Shown here piece by piece: positions 18,695 to 28,080 of a stretch of 64,000 nt of DNA. Where the stretch lies: the NCBI GenBank assembly GCA_020348445.1, contig CP070751.1, positions 5,049,187 to 5,113,186 of the forward strand. Direction: 5' to 3'. The notes under the pieces were generated by a model that was not told the DNA's origin, did no database searches, and saw nothing but the letters and a program-made list of their open reading frames with translations. Each line of letters opens with the position of its first letter. Position 1 is the first letter of the stretch. The translations under genes were made by a program, and so were the position numbers. Source of the DNA: Thermoplasmata archaeon. Lineage in GTDB: Archaea > Thermoplasmatota > Thermoplasmata > GCA-020350865.

Positions 18695-20455
18695 ATGGCC
18701 GGTATTGAAAATTTGAAAAGAACACTCTCCCGTATCGATGGCAGAGGCTACAAGGCCTACAAGGATATCGAAGGCTCTTACGAGTTTGACAAGTTCACTC
18801 TGTATATCGATCACGTGCAAGGAGATCCTTTTGCATCACCCTCGAAAATCAGGGTACGAATGATGCAGACAAAAGCAGAACTGCCTCCAATATTGTTCTC
18901 TAATGCTGTGCGGCGCATGGCTTTGGAGGATTTGCTTGCAAGGGAGATTAAAAAAGTTATTCTTCGAACCACACAAAAAAGGCGAGGGACAGGAAAAAGC
19001 GGCCTGATCACAATTGATTCGGGTGGGCAGGAGGTCTTAAAGCGCACAGCTTTGATAATAACAGAAGATTGGGTGGAGGCAAGACTTCATATAGGTTTAC
19101 CTGCCAGGGGAAGGACTGTTCTGGGAAGACAGGCTGAAGAGATGCTTTGCAAGGAGATACCTAAGATAGTGGAACTTGGACTTCAATGGCAGAACCTTCC
19201 ACAACAAGAAGGGGAAAAATTTGTCGAATGCATCGAAAATCAGGAGCATATTCGCAGCCAATTGGACTCGTTGGGGCTCGTTGGCTTCATAGGTGATGGA
19301 GCTATTTTACCAAGGGAGAGTGGAGCAAGTGATCGTCCACTTTCAGGCAATGATGCTGTACCCTTTAAATCAGCTGACTCCCTGAATATTACCCTGGATC
19401 TTCCCAATCCTGTTCATGGCACAAAAGATAAGGCAAATACAATTACCGGGATGGGCATCCCAAAGGGCGTAGCCCTCATCGTAGGTGGGGGTTATCATGG
19501 CAAATCCACAATGCTCAGGGCATTGGAGCGGGGAGTGTATCCACATATTCCAGATGATGGAAGGGAGTATGTCGTCACTTCTTATGATGCAGTAAAAATT
19601 CGGGCCGAGGATGGACGGCGGGTGGAACAGGTGGATATCAGTTGCTTCATAAGCGACTTGCCCTACGGTCGCAGCACAAAAGCCTTTTCAACTGACGATG
19701 CAAGTGGAAGCACAAGTCAGGCCGCTAATATCATTGAGGCGCTGGAAGTAGGTGCAAAGGTATTGCTTTTAGACGAGGACACGTCAGCAACGAACTTCAT
19801 GGTAAGGGACGCCAGGATGCAAGCTTTGGTGCACAAGGAGTATGAGCCTATAACTCCCTTTCTTGAGAGAGTGCGGGAGCTTTATGAATCCTTGGGTGTT
19901 TCCACTATCCTGGTCATGGGAGGATGCGGCGACTACTTCGATTCTGCAGACACTGTGATTATGATGCGCAATTACTTGCCCCAAGACGTCACTTCTGAGG
20001 CAAAAAAAGTGGCAACCACCCACAAAACCCTTCGAAAAGTCGAGACAACCTCTCCCTTCACCCAAACAAGTCAGCGCATCCCACTTGCCGAGAGCTTCGA
20101 TCCCTCGAAAGGGAAGAAAAACGTAAAAATCGATGCAAAGGCCAAGGATCTCATACTATTTGGAAGGGATCCCATCGACCTTCGTTACGTGGAACAGTTG
20201 GTGGATATTTCCCAGACCAGAGCTGTAGGAAATACGATTCACCTGGCAACCCAGCGTTTTATGGATGGAAAAGCAACTCTGAGCGAGGTTATGGAATCAA
20301 TTGAGAATTTTTTCGATGAATATGGTCTGGATGCTTTAGATCCGTTTCATCGAAAGGAAAGGCATCCTGGCAACTTTGCCCGCCCTCGAAAATACGAAAT
20401 CGCAGCTGCGATAAACAGGCTGCGCACTGTGAATATGCGACAGAAGACGAGTTAA
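18695..20455 (+). CDS. ABC-class ATPase domain-containing protein (PF09818/MRB1590-like)
   Basis: IDGRGYKAYKDI, DHVQGDPFASPS, GGGYHGKST Walker A, STDDASGSTSQAANIIEALE, LLLDEDTSATNFM, RPRKYEIAAAINRLR; ATG 18695 follows AAGGTGA. Confidence 0.88.
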   Translation: MAGIENLKRTLSRIDGRGYKAYKDIEGSYEFDKFTLYIDHVQGDPFASPSKIRVRMMQTKAELPPILFSNAVRRMALEDLLAREIKKVILRTTQKRRGTGKSGLITIDSGGQEVLKRTALIITEDWVEARLHIGLPARGRTVLGRQAEEMLCKEIPKIVELGLQWQNLPQQEGEKFVECIENQEHIRSQLDSLGLVGFIGDGAILPRESGASDRPLSGNDAVPFKSADSLNITLDLPNPVHGTKDKANTITGMGIPKGVALIVGGGYHGKSTMLRALERGVYPHIPDDGREYVVTSYDAVKIRAEDGRRVEQVDISCFISDLPYGRSTKAFSTDDASGSTSQAANIIEALEVGAKVLLLDEDTSATNFMVRDARMQALVHKEYEPITPFLERVRELYESLGVSTILVMGGCGDYFDSADTVIMMRNYLPQDVTSEAKKVATTHKTLRKVETTSPFTQTSQRIPLAESFDPSKGKKNVKIDAKAKDLILFGRDPIDLRYVEQLVDISQTRAVGNTIHLATQRFMDGKATLSEVMESIENFFDEYGLDALDPFHRKERHPGNFARPRKYEIAAAINRLRTVNMRQKTS

Positions 20456-20465
20456 TAAGAACAAC

Positions 20466-21506
20466 TCACATGTAATCCAGAAACTCTATTGGGAACAAGG
20501 TGAAAATGGACTCGCATATCCCTTTGTTGTTATCGCACACATAAAACGAATCTAAAAAGAGGTCCCCCAATCTCTGTCCAGTGGCCTTGTGGGTGATGTT
20601 ACCTATATCGAGCCACATGCCTACTTTAAGGGGATCACCCTTCCGCTTATTGTCACATACTGGGCAGAAGCGGTTCTGATAAACCCTGGGAACGGGCTTT
20701 GTGACAAGTGCTGACTTGTAACGATTGACATCATGCTCCCCCTGCTCATTTCTTGCAGTTGGTAAGAGAACCCTGCATTTAGGACAGACAACAGCCCAGT
20801 CGTACCTTATGTCCATCTCATCTGTGGGTAGATCACCCATATCTTTTCCTTTTACGAATTTCTCGTCCCAAATAAAATTTCCAACATTCGTCATTGGGTA
20901 CTGGTCAAAGTTCCCGAAAAATCCGCAGAATGGGCATGTTCCCTCGAAATCTGTCTTTACCGAGTCCTTTAAAAACCGCTGTTTTTCCAGGGCCTGCTTG
21001 TCATCAGTATCCCTGAAGAATATAGGAAACAGTGCCCCGCATTCTGTGTTCGTGCATCTGTAAAAGAGATTGTAAGTCAACCAGGCGATTATGGTATTGG
21101 GATCATTTTTTGGAGTCACAAACGCAATTACCATGCCCTTATCCACCTCCACCTCGCCTATAACGCTCCTTCCTGCCAATATTTCCATTCTCTCCCCTGA
21201 AGAACATGGGTCACAGCACGGACAGTAAACCGGCATTTTTAGCCCCAGTTCATCTATCAATGACTTGGCTGCCTTCTCAGACACCTGTAAATCCTTTGAA
21301 ACTTTTCCCTCTTCATCATTGGCCGAGGGAAATATGGCCTCGTCAGTTTGACTTATGAGACCAAATATATATCGAAGGTCCAAACGGCCGTTTTCTCCCA
21401 GAAAATTTCCTAGGTCTCCAACATGGAGGCCTTCAATAAAGCCAACATCTGCGAAGTCTGCATGCTTCACTCCTATCGGGTGACATAAACTTACTAGTCT
21501 GCTCAC
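20466..21506 (-). CDS. Cys-rich hypothetical protein (multiple CxxC pairs), paralog 1
   Basis: GTG start after GGGGGA; CPCCDPC, CTNTEC, CPFC, CPKC, CPVC, CDNNKGIC; collinear paralog of the next gene. Confidence 0.8.
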   Translation of the reverse strand: MSRLVSLCHPIGVKHADFADVGFIEGLHVGDLGNFLGENGRLDLRYIFGLISQTDEAIFPSANDEEGKVSKDLQVSEKAAKSLIDELGLKMPVYCPCCDPCSSGERMEILAGRSVIGEVEVDKGMVIAFVTPKNDPNTIIAWLTYNLFYRCTNTECGALFPIFFRDTDDKQALEKQRFLKDSVKTDFEGTCPFCGFFGNFDQYPMTNVGNFIWDEKFVKGKDMGDLPTDEMDIRYDWAVVCPKCRVLLPTARNEQGEHDVNRYKSALVTKPVPRVYQNRFCPVCDNKRKGDPLKVGMWLDIGNITHKATGQRLGDLFLDSFYVCDNNKGICESIFTLFPIEFLDYM

Positions 21507-21658
21507 GAAATATCCCCCTTTTTTCTACATGATGGATTTCTTTAGTTTTAAATCTTTCCTTAATTTCTGTGTATAACAGCTCGAATTGACAGTATCAGTA
21601 TATCCATGGGCTCATAATTATTATGCATTTTAGGTATAAAATATCGGATTTAAGAAAA

Positions 21659-22699
21659 TCAGCGATAATCCAGGAACTTGATGGGATACAATGTGAAAAT
21701 GGATTCGCAAGAGCCTGGTTTATTGTCACAGATGTAGAATGAATCCAAATACAACTGGGCCAACCTACGCCCAGTGCTCTTGTGGGTGATGTTACCAATG
21801 TCCAAGGCCATGCCAACCTTTAATGGTGCGCCTGTGCGTTTGTTATCGCATACTGGACAAAATCGGCTCTGATAGACCCGGGGAACAGGTGCTGTTACCA
21901 ATGCTTTTTGATAACGAACTACATCATGGGTGCCCTGCTCATTCCTTGTTGTGGGTAAAAGAACCAGACATTTGGGGCAGACAATAGCCCAATCGTATCT
22001 AATGTCCATCTCATCCCTTGGTAAATCGCCTATGTCTTTTTCTTCTATAAAATTCTTCTCCCAAATCAGATTCCCTATATTTGCCATGGGATACTGGTCA
22101 AATTGTCCATAATACCCGCAGAATGTGCATGTCCCATCAAAATCCGTTTTCTTTGAATCCTTTAAAAAGCCGATTCTTCTGAGAGCTTCCTGATCATCGG
22201 GGTCTCTGTAGAAAATGGGGAAAATCGCCCCGCATTCGGAATTTGGACACCTGTAGAATAGGTTATATGTTACCCAGGCTATGGTTGTGGCAGGGTCGTT
22301 TTTAGAAGCAGCGCGACCTATCACCATCCCCATGTCAACCTCCACCTCCCCCAAAACGCTCCTTCCTGCCATAATCTCCAAGATTTCCCCTTCCTTACAG
22401 GGATCACAGCTGGGACAATAGACAGGCCATTTCAAACCCAGCTCCTCAATGAACTCCCCGCCTGCCTTTAAAGATACCTGCAGATCCTTTGACCAATTTC
22501 CCAATCTATCCTTTGCTGATGGGAATATGGCCTCATCTGTCTGGCTTACAAGGCCAAATATGAATCTGATATCCAGGCGCCTTTCTTTCCCGACGAAGCT
22601 CTCCAGCTCCCCGATGTTGATGTCCCTGATAAAACCTATATCTGCAAAATCACCGTCTGTAACTCCTATCGGATGACACAGGCTCAGAAGTCTTCCCAA
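21659..22699 (-). CDS. Cys-rich hypothetical protein (multiple CxxC pairs), paralog 2
   Basis: TTG start after GGAGG; same length (346 aa) and same Cys pattern as 20466-21506. Confidence 0.8.
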   Translation of the reverse strand: MGRLLSLCHPIGVTDGDFADIGFIRDINIGELESFVGKERRLDIRFIFGLVSQTDEAIFPSAKDRLGNWSKDLQVSLKAGGEFIEELGLKWPVYCPSCDPCKEGEILEIMAGRSVLGEVEVDMGMVIGRAASKNDPATTIAWVTYNLFYRCPNSECGAIFPIFYRDPDDQEALRRIGFLKDSKKTDFDGTCTFCGYYGQFDQYPMANIGNLIWEKNFIEEKDIGDLPRDEMDIRYDWAIVCPKCLVLLPTTRNEQGTHDVVRYQKALVTAPVPRVYQSRFCPVCDNKRTGAPLKVGMALDIGNITHKSTGRRLAQLYLDSFYICDNKPGSCESIFTLYPIKFLDYR

Positions 22700-22880
22700 G
22701 TGAATCCTCCATGCTATGGGCTGATGTATTTTGTCGGTTTTAAATCTTTCCTCTCAAATCTCATAAATCGTATCGGCATATGATCATAATATGGGATATT
22801 TATGGTGTACTTCAATCAATGCTCTCTAAAGGGAAAGTATTTTTATTTTAAACATATATTGCGGATGTTGACTTCAATGG

Positions 22881-22989
22881 GCGGGGATGGCCCAGCCCGG
22901 TAAGGTGTCAAAAGCACCCTGGATAGGCGTAGGATTGCTAATCCTATGTTCGCAAGAACTCAGGGGTTCAAATCCCCTTCCCCGCGCCA
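22881..22989 (+). tRNA. tRNA-Ser(GCU) with a 22-nt intron at the D-loop/D-stem boundary (21/22; 22903-22924); CCA encoded
   Basis: Acceptor GCGGGGA/TCCCCGC, G73, CCA; anticodon arm TAGGA-TT GCT AA-TCCTA; long variable arm GTTC-GCAA-GAAC. CCGG/CTGG helix with TAA and ATA bulges and GGTGT/GCACC intron stem; splicing restores GCCCAGCCCGGTAAGGCG. Confidence 0.92.
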
Positions 22990-23170
22990 TCTTCTTCTCT
23001 TTTATATAAGATTAATCGAAGATGGCGCTCTGTTTTCGAAATACACTAAATGAAGCTGGGGACTTTTTTCGAAAACCCCGCGCCGCTTTAAAGGGATGTA
23101 TTCAAAAGCACTGCGTTCGGCCTTCGAAATACACCATAAAATGCCTAAGACTTATTTCGAAGACTCCGCT
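22980..23170 (+). repeat. Degenerate tRNA-Ser 3'-linked repeats and hairpins
   Basis: Inverted copy GCGCCATCTTC/GAAGATGGCGC; CCCCGCGCC recurs 96 bp downstream (23076); TTCGAAATACAC...TTTCGAA hairpin units at about 23035 and 23123. Confidence 0.65.
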
Positions 23171-23260
23171 TCACTTTGAGGACTTATTTTAAAAACTCGA
23201 TATTTGATGGATAAAATTAATAACGATAAAGATATAAAGGGGTTCTGGAGAAATAGAATC

Positions 23261-24100
23261 ATGACCCAGGCCCCAACAACTTATTCATTTAATATCGGTA
23301 ATTTCGAATGTGTTGTAATCAACGATTTCTCAAGAAAAGTGCCTCTCAGTGCACTGGTCATAAATGCAGAAGAGGAAAACGTTGAGCGGGTAATCCGTGA
23401 AAACAAATATATGCGGGATACAATCGATTACAATAACCTGCTCGTCAAAACAGAAAATAATATTGTACTGGTGGACACGGGATTAGGAAACAGGACCGAG
23501 ATCAAGGGTAAATTACTTCTGGGACTGTCATCCATTGGAATCGAGCCAAAGGATATTGATTCAGTTGTCATCACACACGGGGATGGCGATCACATCGGCG
23601 GGATTCTCAACGACCAGAATGATGTGGTCTTTCCCAATGCGCGCTACTTCATGTGGAAAGAAGGGTGGGATTCCTGGACCAAGGCTGAAAATCATCCCGA
23701 GCGCTCAATGGAGATTATTTCGTTTTTCCGAGATACGTTTTCAATGATAAGTGATAGGCTAGAACTCGTGGGAAGTGGCGAGGAATTTCTGCCTGGCTTT
23801 ACAATGATCCCAGCAGTTGGGCATAAACGGGACCACACCGCTTTATCCATCTCTTCAAATAAAGAGAAATTGCTCCACATCGCAGATACTGTGATTCACC
23901 CCTTTTTCATGGCATATTACCATTGGAATTCGGTTTTGGACTCCCTTTTGGACCAAGCATTGAAATCAAAAACGAAGTTACTCGACAGGGCTTCATCAAA
24001 GAACGAATTGGTATTTGGGGCACATTTTCCTTTTCCGGGACTGGGACATGTTGTTAAAAATGGGGACGTGGGCTGGCTGTGGCAACCATTTAAAGAATAG
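23261..24100 (+). CDS. MBL-fold metallo-hydrolase (methyl-parathion hydrolase/AHL-lactonase-like subfamily)
   Basis: VLVDTG, THGDGDHIGG, GHKRDH, HIADTVIHP, FGAHFPFPGLG; ATG 23261 follows GGAG. Confidence 0.85.
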   Translation: MTQAPTTYSFNIGNFECVVINDFSRKVPLSALVINAEEENVERVIRENKYMRDTIDYNNLLVKTENNIVLVDTGLGNRTEIKGKLLLGLSSIGIEPKDIDSVVITHGDGDHIGGILNDQNDVVFPNARYFMWKEGWDSWTKAENHPERSMEIISFFRDTFSMISDRLELVGSGEEFLPGFTMIPAVGHKRDHTALSISSNKEKLLHIADTVIHPFFMAYYHWNSVLDSLLDQALKSKTKLLDRASSKNELVFGAHFPFPGLGHVVKNGDVGWLWQPFKE

Positions 24101-24314
24101 GACCGCAGGCTGCGATTTGAACCACCCAAAAACCATAAGATGTCCAGATTTTTATAATGTTTTATCGGAAAATCATGTGCATTATTACCCTACAATTTCA
24201 AGATCCACATTTAAATTATAAATATGGATAATTGTAAAGAAATATCTATATATATCAACCGTAATTTTATAACGGGTTTATGACGGGGAACAGATTTCAT
24301 AAGTTGGTGATAAA

Positions 24315-25223
24315 ATGGATTACAAGAAAAAAGTGGTTATGCTGGGAGACAGCTCGGTTGGAAAGACCAGTTTGGTAAGACGATTCGTCTTGGACCAGTT
24401 CGAGGATTCCTATATTTCCACCATCGGTAGCAAGTCCACTGTAAAGAAAATAATCATTAAAAAGGGGGGAAAGGACGTCAGCCTCACACTGGTGATATGG
24501 GACGTAATGGGCAGGGTGGGATACACCGGGGCCCATGCTAGGATGTTCAAGGGCGCAGATGGAGCTATCCTGGTTACCGATTTGACGAGAAGGGCAACTC
24601 TGGAGAGCCTCGAAAGATACTGGATCCCATTACTATTGGGAGTTGTTGAAAGCATACCATTGATATTCATAGCCAACAAATCGGATCTGATCCATGAAAT
24701 TGCCTTTGATCCAAATGAAATGGAGTATATTGCCTCCAAGTATAACATAGGGATTTCCAATTCACTCCCCTCAAGCCTTGCCACAGGTTATTTGACCAGT
24801 GCAAAGACCGGGGAGAATGTGGAGTGTGCATTTGAGAGCATTGGTCATTTGCTACTTGCTAAGAAGGCTCCTTGGGATCCAGTCAAGGAATTGTACAAGA
24901 ATCTTTTGGCCAAGGGACCATACAGGGAAAGGGATACGAGGACAACAATCGGTGCTGCAGATGCGATCATCGTAGATTTCTGTAAGGGATATGAGGATGA
25001 GAATCTTGCCATGTTGATGCTGCGTCAGGAGATCATCAGGGCGGGTATGGATATCAACCACCCTTCAAAGGAGAGCCTGGTTAGGCTAGTTGAATTTCTA
25101 GCAGATGCTGAAACTGAATACAAGGACAATAAAACCGTGATTCTGAATAGAAATAAAAGGTTGCTCCTGGCAAGGGGTGCAGTGAAAATGGGAACAAAGA
25201 GAAGGGTGAGAAAAGCTAGATGA
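24315..25223 (+). CDS. Rab/Ras-like small GTPase with a C-terminal helical domain (copy 1)
   Basis: G1 GDSSVGKTS, G2 YISTIG, G3 WDVMGR, G4 NKSD, G5 TSAKTG, plus an extension of about 110 aa. Confidence 0.9.
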   Translation: MDYKKKVVMLGDSSVGKTSLVRRFVLDQFEDSYISTIGSKSTVKKIIIKKGGKDVSLTLVIWDVMGRVGYTGAHARMFKGADGAILVTDLTRRATLESLERYWIPLLLGVVESIPLIFIANKSDLIHEIAFDPNEMEYIASKYNIGISNSLPSSLATGYLTSAKTGENVECAFESIGHLLLAKKAPWDPVKELYKNLLAKGPYRERDTRTTIGAADAIIVDFCKGYEDENLAMLMLRQEIIRAGMDINHPSKESLVRLVEFLADAETEYKDNKTVILNRNKRLLLARGAVKMGTKRRVRKAR

Positions 25224-25349
25224 GGTTTTCTTCGATACGGCATGAGTGCAAGAGCTGATTTCTGTCTATAATCAAAGAAATTACTAAATATAGTAATGGA
25301 GATACATATTCGGACGGATAAATATTATATTCGTTAGGAGGGTACGAAA

Positions 25350-26279
25350 ATGGCTATTAAAAAGAAGATAGTCATGATTGGGGACAGCTGTGTGGGTAAG
25401 ACAAGTATGATAAGGCGTTTTGTATTCAACCATTTTAAGGATTCCTATAGGACCACCATCGGAAGCAAGATAATGAGAAAGGAACTAAATGTTCATAGGC
25501 CTAACAGGACAGAGAATCTCACATTCGTAATTTGGGACCTTATTGGGAGGAAAGGGTACCATGCTTTACATGCCAGGACTTTTGTGGGCGTACATGGAGC
25601 AATTTGTGTTTCTGACCAGACCAAAATGGAGACTCTAGTAAGTTTGGAGGATTACTGGGTTCCTTCCTTGTTCAATGTCGTTGAGCACGTACCCTTGGTC
25701 TTCGTCTGCAATAAATCCGACCTAAAAGGGGAGGTCGAATTTGAATATGAGGACTTAGTGAATGTGGCCAGAGAATATAACGGAAATTTTGATGAATTTC
25801 TTCCTACAGGGCTTAAATCTAGCTATACCACGAGTGCAAAAGATGGAAGCAACGTCGAAAGGGCATTCGAGAGCTTGGGACACCTTGTGCTATCCAGTGA
25901 AGAACTTCATAATCCAGTAAAAGAGCTCTATGAAAGCCTTGTGGCCATAGGTATCAGTAGATCCAAGGAAAAGACAACACCCCTCGGCGCATTAGATGCC
26001 CTAATAGTAGATTTCTGCGAGGAGTTCGAGGATTCGAGGCTGGCCATGTTAATTCTACGCCAAGAAATAGAAAGGGCTGAAATAAATATAAACAATCCTA
26101 CAAAAGCAAGAATTCTTAAATTTGTAGAATATCTTGCAGAGGCTGAGATTGAGTTTCTCGATGAAAAAACGGTACACTCCAATTTGGAAAAGAGGTTGAG
26201 CTGGGCAAAACGTATTGTGGATCGAGGATATCTTTACTATACTGAGAATGCTTTTGAGACTCTAAGGCCATCAATATAA
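25350..26279 (+). CDS. Rab/Ras-like small GTPase with a C-terminal helical domain (copy 2)
   Basis: GDSCVGKTS, YRTTIG, WDLIGR, NKSD, TSAKDG; same C-terminal domain. Confidence 0.9.
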   Translation: MAIKKKIVMIGDSCVGKTSMIRRFVFNHFKDSYRTTIGSKIMRKELNVHRPNRTENLTFVIWDLIGRKGYHALHARTFVGVHGAICVSDQTKMETLVSLEDYWVPSLFNVVEHVPLVFVCNKSDLKGEVEFEYEDLVNVAREYNGNFDEFLPTGLKSSYTTSAKDGSNVERAFESLGHLVLSSEELHNPVKELYESLVAIGISRSKEKTTPLGALDALIVDFCEEFEDSRLAMLILRQEIERAEININNPTKARILKFVEYLAEAEIEFLDEKTVHSNLEKRLSWAKRIVDRGYLYYTENAFETLRPSI

Positions 26280-26393
26280 AAAATATACTACTTTTACATT
26301 TCAGCAGACCTTTTAGCTCAGAACCAATGAGTTTGATACAGATAAAGTATCATAGTTTTCTTTTTTCATATTAGGAATGTTCCATGCTCCTTT

Positions 26394-26519
26394 TGTAACC
26401 ACGTGTGGTTACAAGGTATTATAATAGAATATAACTTTTTTTTCAGAAGTAGGAGGAAATATATGAAAAAAAAGCATAAAAAAGCCCTTTTTCTCAGAGG
26501 GAGGAGGTGATTTGAAATG
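26394..26519 (+). promoter_or_regulatory. Palindromic operator, TATA box and double-SD leader (copy A)
   Basis: TGTAACCAC-GT-GTGGTTACA (26394-26413), TTATAA box, AGGAGG, short uORF, GGAGGTGA; nearly identical to 28081-28206. Confidence 0.8.
26463..26510 (+). CDS. Putative 15-aa leader peptide MKKKHKKALFLRGRR
   Basis: Own AGGAGG SD at 26451-26456; stop overlaps the SD of the subtilase; the same peptide is encoded at 28150-28197 (TTG start, one synonymous change). Confidence 0.45.
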   Translation: MKKKHKKALFLRGRR

Positions 26520-27938
26520 AGAAAAAAGATGGCAATTGGAATGGTTTTGACACTAATCGTGGTGGCTTTTGTTGGGATACCAATTAATGTGGGTGCCGAG
26601 GAAAATGAGGCAGTAACTCCCCAATTAACGCGCAGCCCATTTAATGGACCAGGATGTGGCATGTCGTTATTAACAACCTTACAAAGTAGCAGTAGCAATT
26701 CGCTTATGGAAATTGTTCCTTCTTGGGTGGACATTGTGGATGCAGAAGTCGTATCAAACGACGGTGAAGGTGTCTATATAGCTGTAATAGACACAGGGCT
26801 TATAGAAGCTTGGCCATACTTCTTCTCAGAGGCGAATATCGCCTGGGAATTGGGCAAGGGTTTCAGCTATGATATAACGTGGGATCCCACTATTGAGGAT
26901 CCTGTATATGGTGAACTTCTTGACCAGCGGGTATTGGGTCCACTTCGTGACGACCGTGGATTTGTGACCAATGAATATGGATATGGACACGGTACCTTTA
27001 CGACAAGCTTGATAACTGGCTACAGACTCGGAGACTTCTGGGTAAGAGGTGTTGCACCAAAAGCAACGATAATTCCAGTGCTCATATATGACACTTGGTT
27101 GGTTGATTGCCCAGATCCTACCTATCCAGGCTGTTATGGCGGAAAAATCAAACATCAGGGCTTCACATACGAATCGATGGCTGCGGGTATCAACTATATT
27201 GCAGACCTCGCAGAAATTCTAGATGGAAAAGTCATTATAAGCCTGAGTATGGGCTGGTTCTGGCCATCAGAAATTTTAGAAGATGCAGTTAACAATGCAA
27301 TTGACAAGGGTGTAATCTTCATTGCATGCGCAGGTAATGAAGGCTACACTGGAATGCGTTGGCCAGCTGCATATCCACAAGTAATTTCCGTTGGTGCTGC
27401 AGGTTGGACTGAGAATTGGGTCCCAGGATTCAATCCAGATTACTGGCTAAATGATGTGCCTGAAAAACTCAATACAAAGGATGTCTGGGGAAACAATTGG
27501 CAAATTTATCTTACGGAGTACAGCTCCCGACCTAATAAAGATCTTGGACAAAAGCCTAATGATCTAGACCTCACTACAATAGCTTCCTGGGTTTTCACCC
27601 CATGGCAAATGGATGTTTATTGGGATGGTATCGAGTGGATTACTTCAGAGCCAACTTATGGTTTTGGAGGAGGTACAAGTGCTGCCACACCTATTGTGGC
27701 CTCGATCGCAGCACTAGTCTTGCAAGACCATCCAGAACTAAATCAACCTGAAATGGAAAAGATTCTAAAGAACGCAGCGAGAGGTCTACCCTTGGCATGC
27801 AATGGAGCTTGGCTTTTTGAATTTCATTGGTTCGAAGGAGCTTTCCGCTATGGATACTTTGAATGGCAAGGAACAGACTATGGCGCAGGATTTCTTCAGG
27901 CAGATGCGGCATTGAAAGCTGCTAAGACACATGCATGA
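26517..27938 (+). CDS. Secreted S8 (subtilisin-like) serine peptidase
   Basis: Signal peptide; catalytic VIDTG, GHGT, AGNEG oxyanion, GTSAATP. Confidence 0.92.
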   Translation: MRKKMAIGMVLTLIVVAFVGIPINVGAEENEAVTPQLTRSPFNGPGCGMSLLTTLQSSSSNSLMEIVPSWVDIVDAEVVSNDGEGVYIAVIDTGLIEAWPYFFSEANIAWELGKGFSYDITWDPTIEDPVYGELLDQRVLGPLRDDRGFVTNEYGYGHGTFTTSLITGYRLGDFWVRGVAPKATIIPVLIYDTWLVDCPDPTYPGCYGGKIKHQGFTYESMAAGINYIADLAEILDGKVIISLSMGWFWPSEILEDAVNNAIDKGVIFIACAGNEGYTGMRWPAAYPQVISVGAAGWTENWVPGFNPDYWLNDVPEKLNTKDVWGNNWQIYLTEYSSRPNKDLGQKPNDLDLTTIASWVFTPWQMDVYWDGIEWITSEPTYGFGGGTSAATPIVASIAALVLQDHPELNQPEMEKILKNAARGLPLACNGAWLFEFHWFEGAFRYGYFEWQGTDYGAGFLQADAALKAAKTHA

Positions 27939-27971
27939 AAATAATCATAGAAGTGACCTTATTGCCAACTT

Positions 27972-27988
27972 AAACCTTCTTTCTTTTT
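27972..27988 (+). terminator. Pyrimidine/oligo-T terminator-like motif shared by the three secreted-protein cassettes
   Basis: AAACCTTCTT(T/C)CTT followed by a T-rich tract after the stops at 27938, 29433 (29484-29502) and 38709 (38745-38765). Confidence 0.55.
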
Positions 27989-28080
27989 ATTAATTTTTTT
28001 TAAATTTTAATGCGTTATATTACGAAACTTTGAAAGTAGAACCTTTCTTTTAACACGGTTAATAATTTCTCAGCAATTTG

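Noticed and set aside
24315-26279. Roc-COR (Roco) proteins
   Set aside because: The C-terminal extension is only about 110 aa, too short for a COR domain, and there are no LRRs.
26366-26734. Minus-strand ORFs over the duplicated leaders (also 37299-37481)
   Set aside because: Their similarity (ISNHLLPLR) simply reflects the duplicated leader and signal-peptide DNA on the plus strand.
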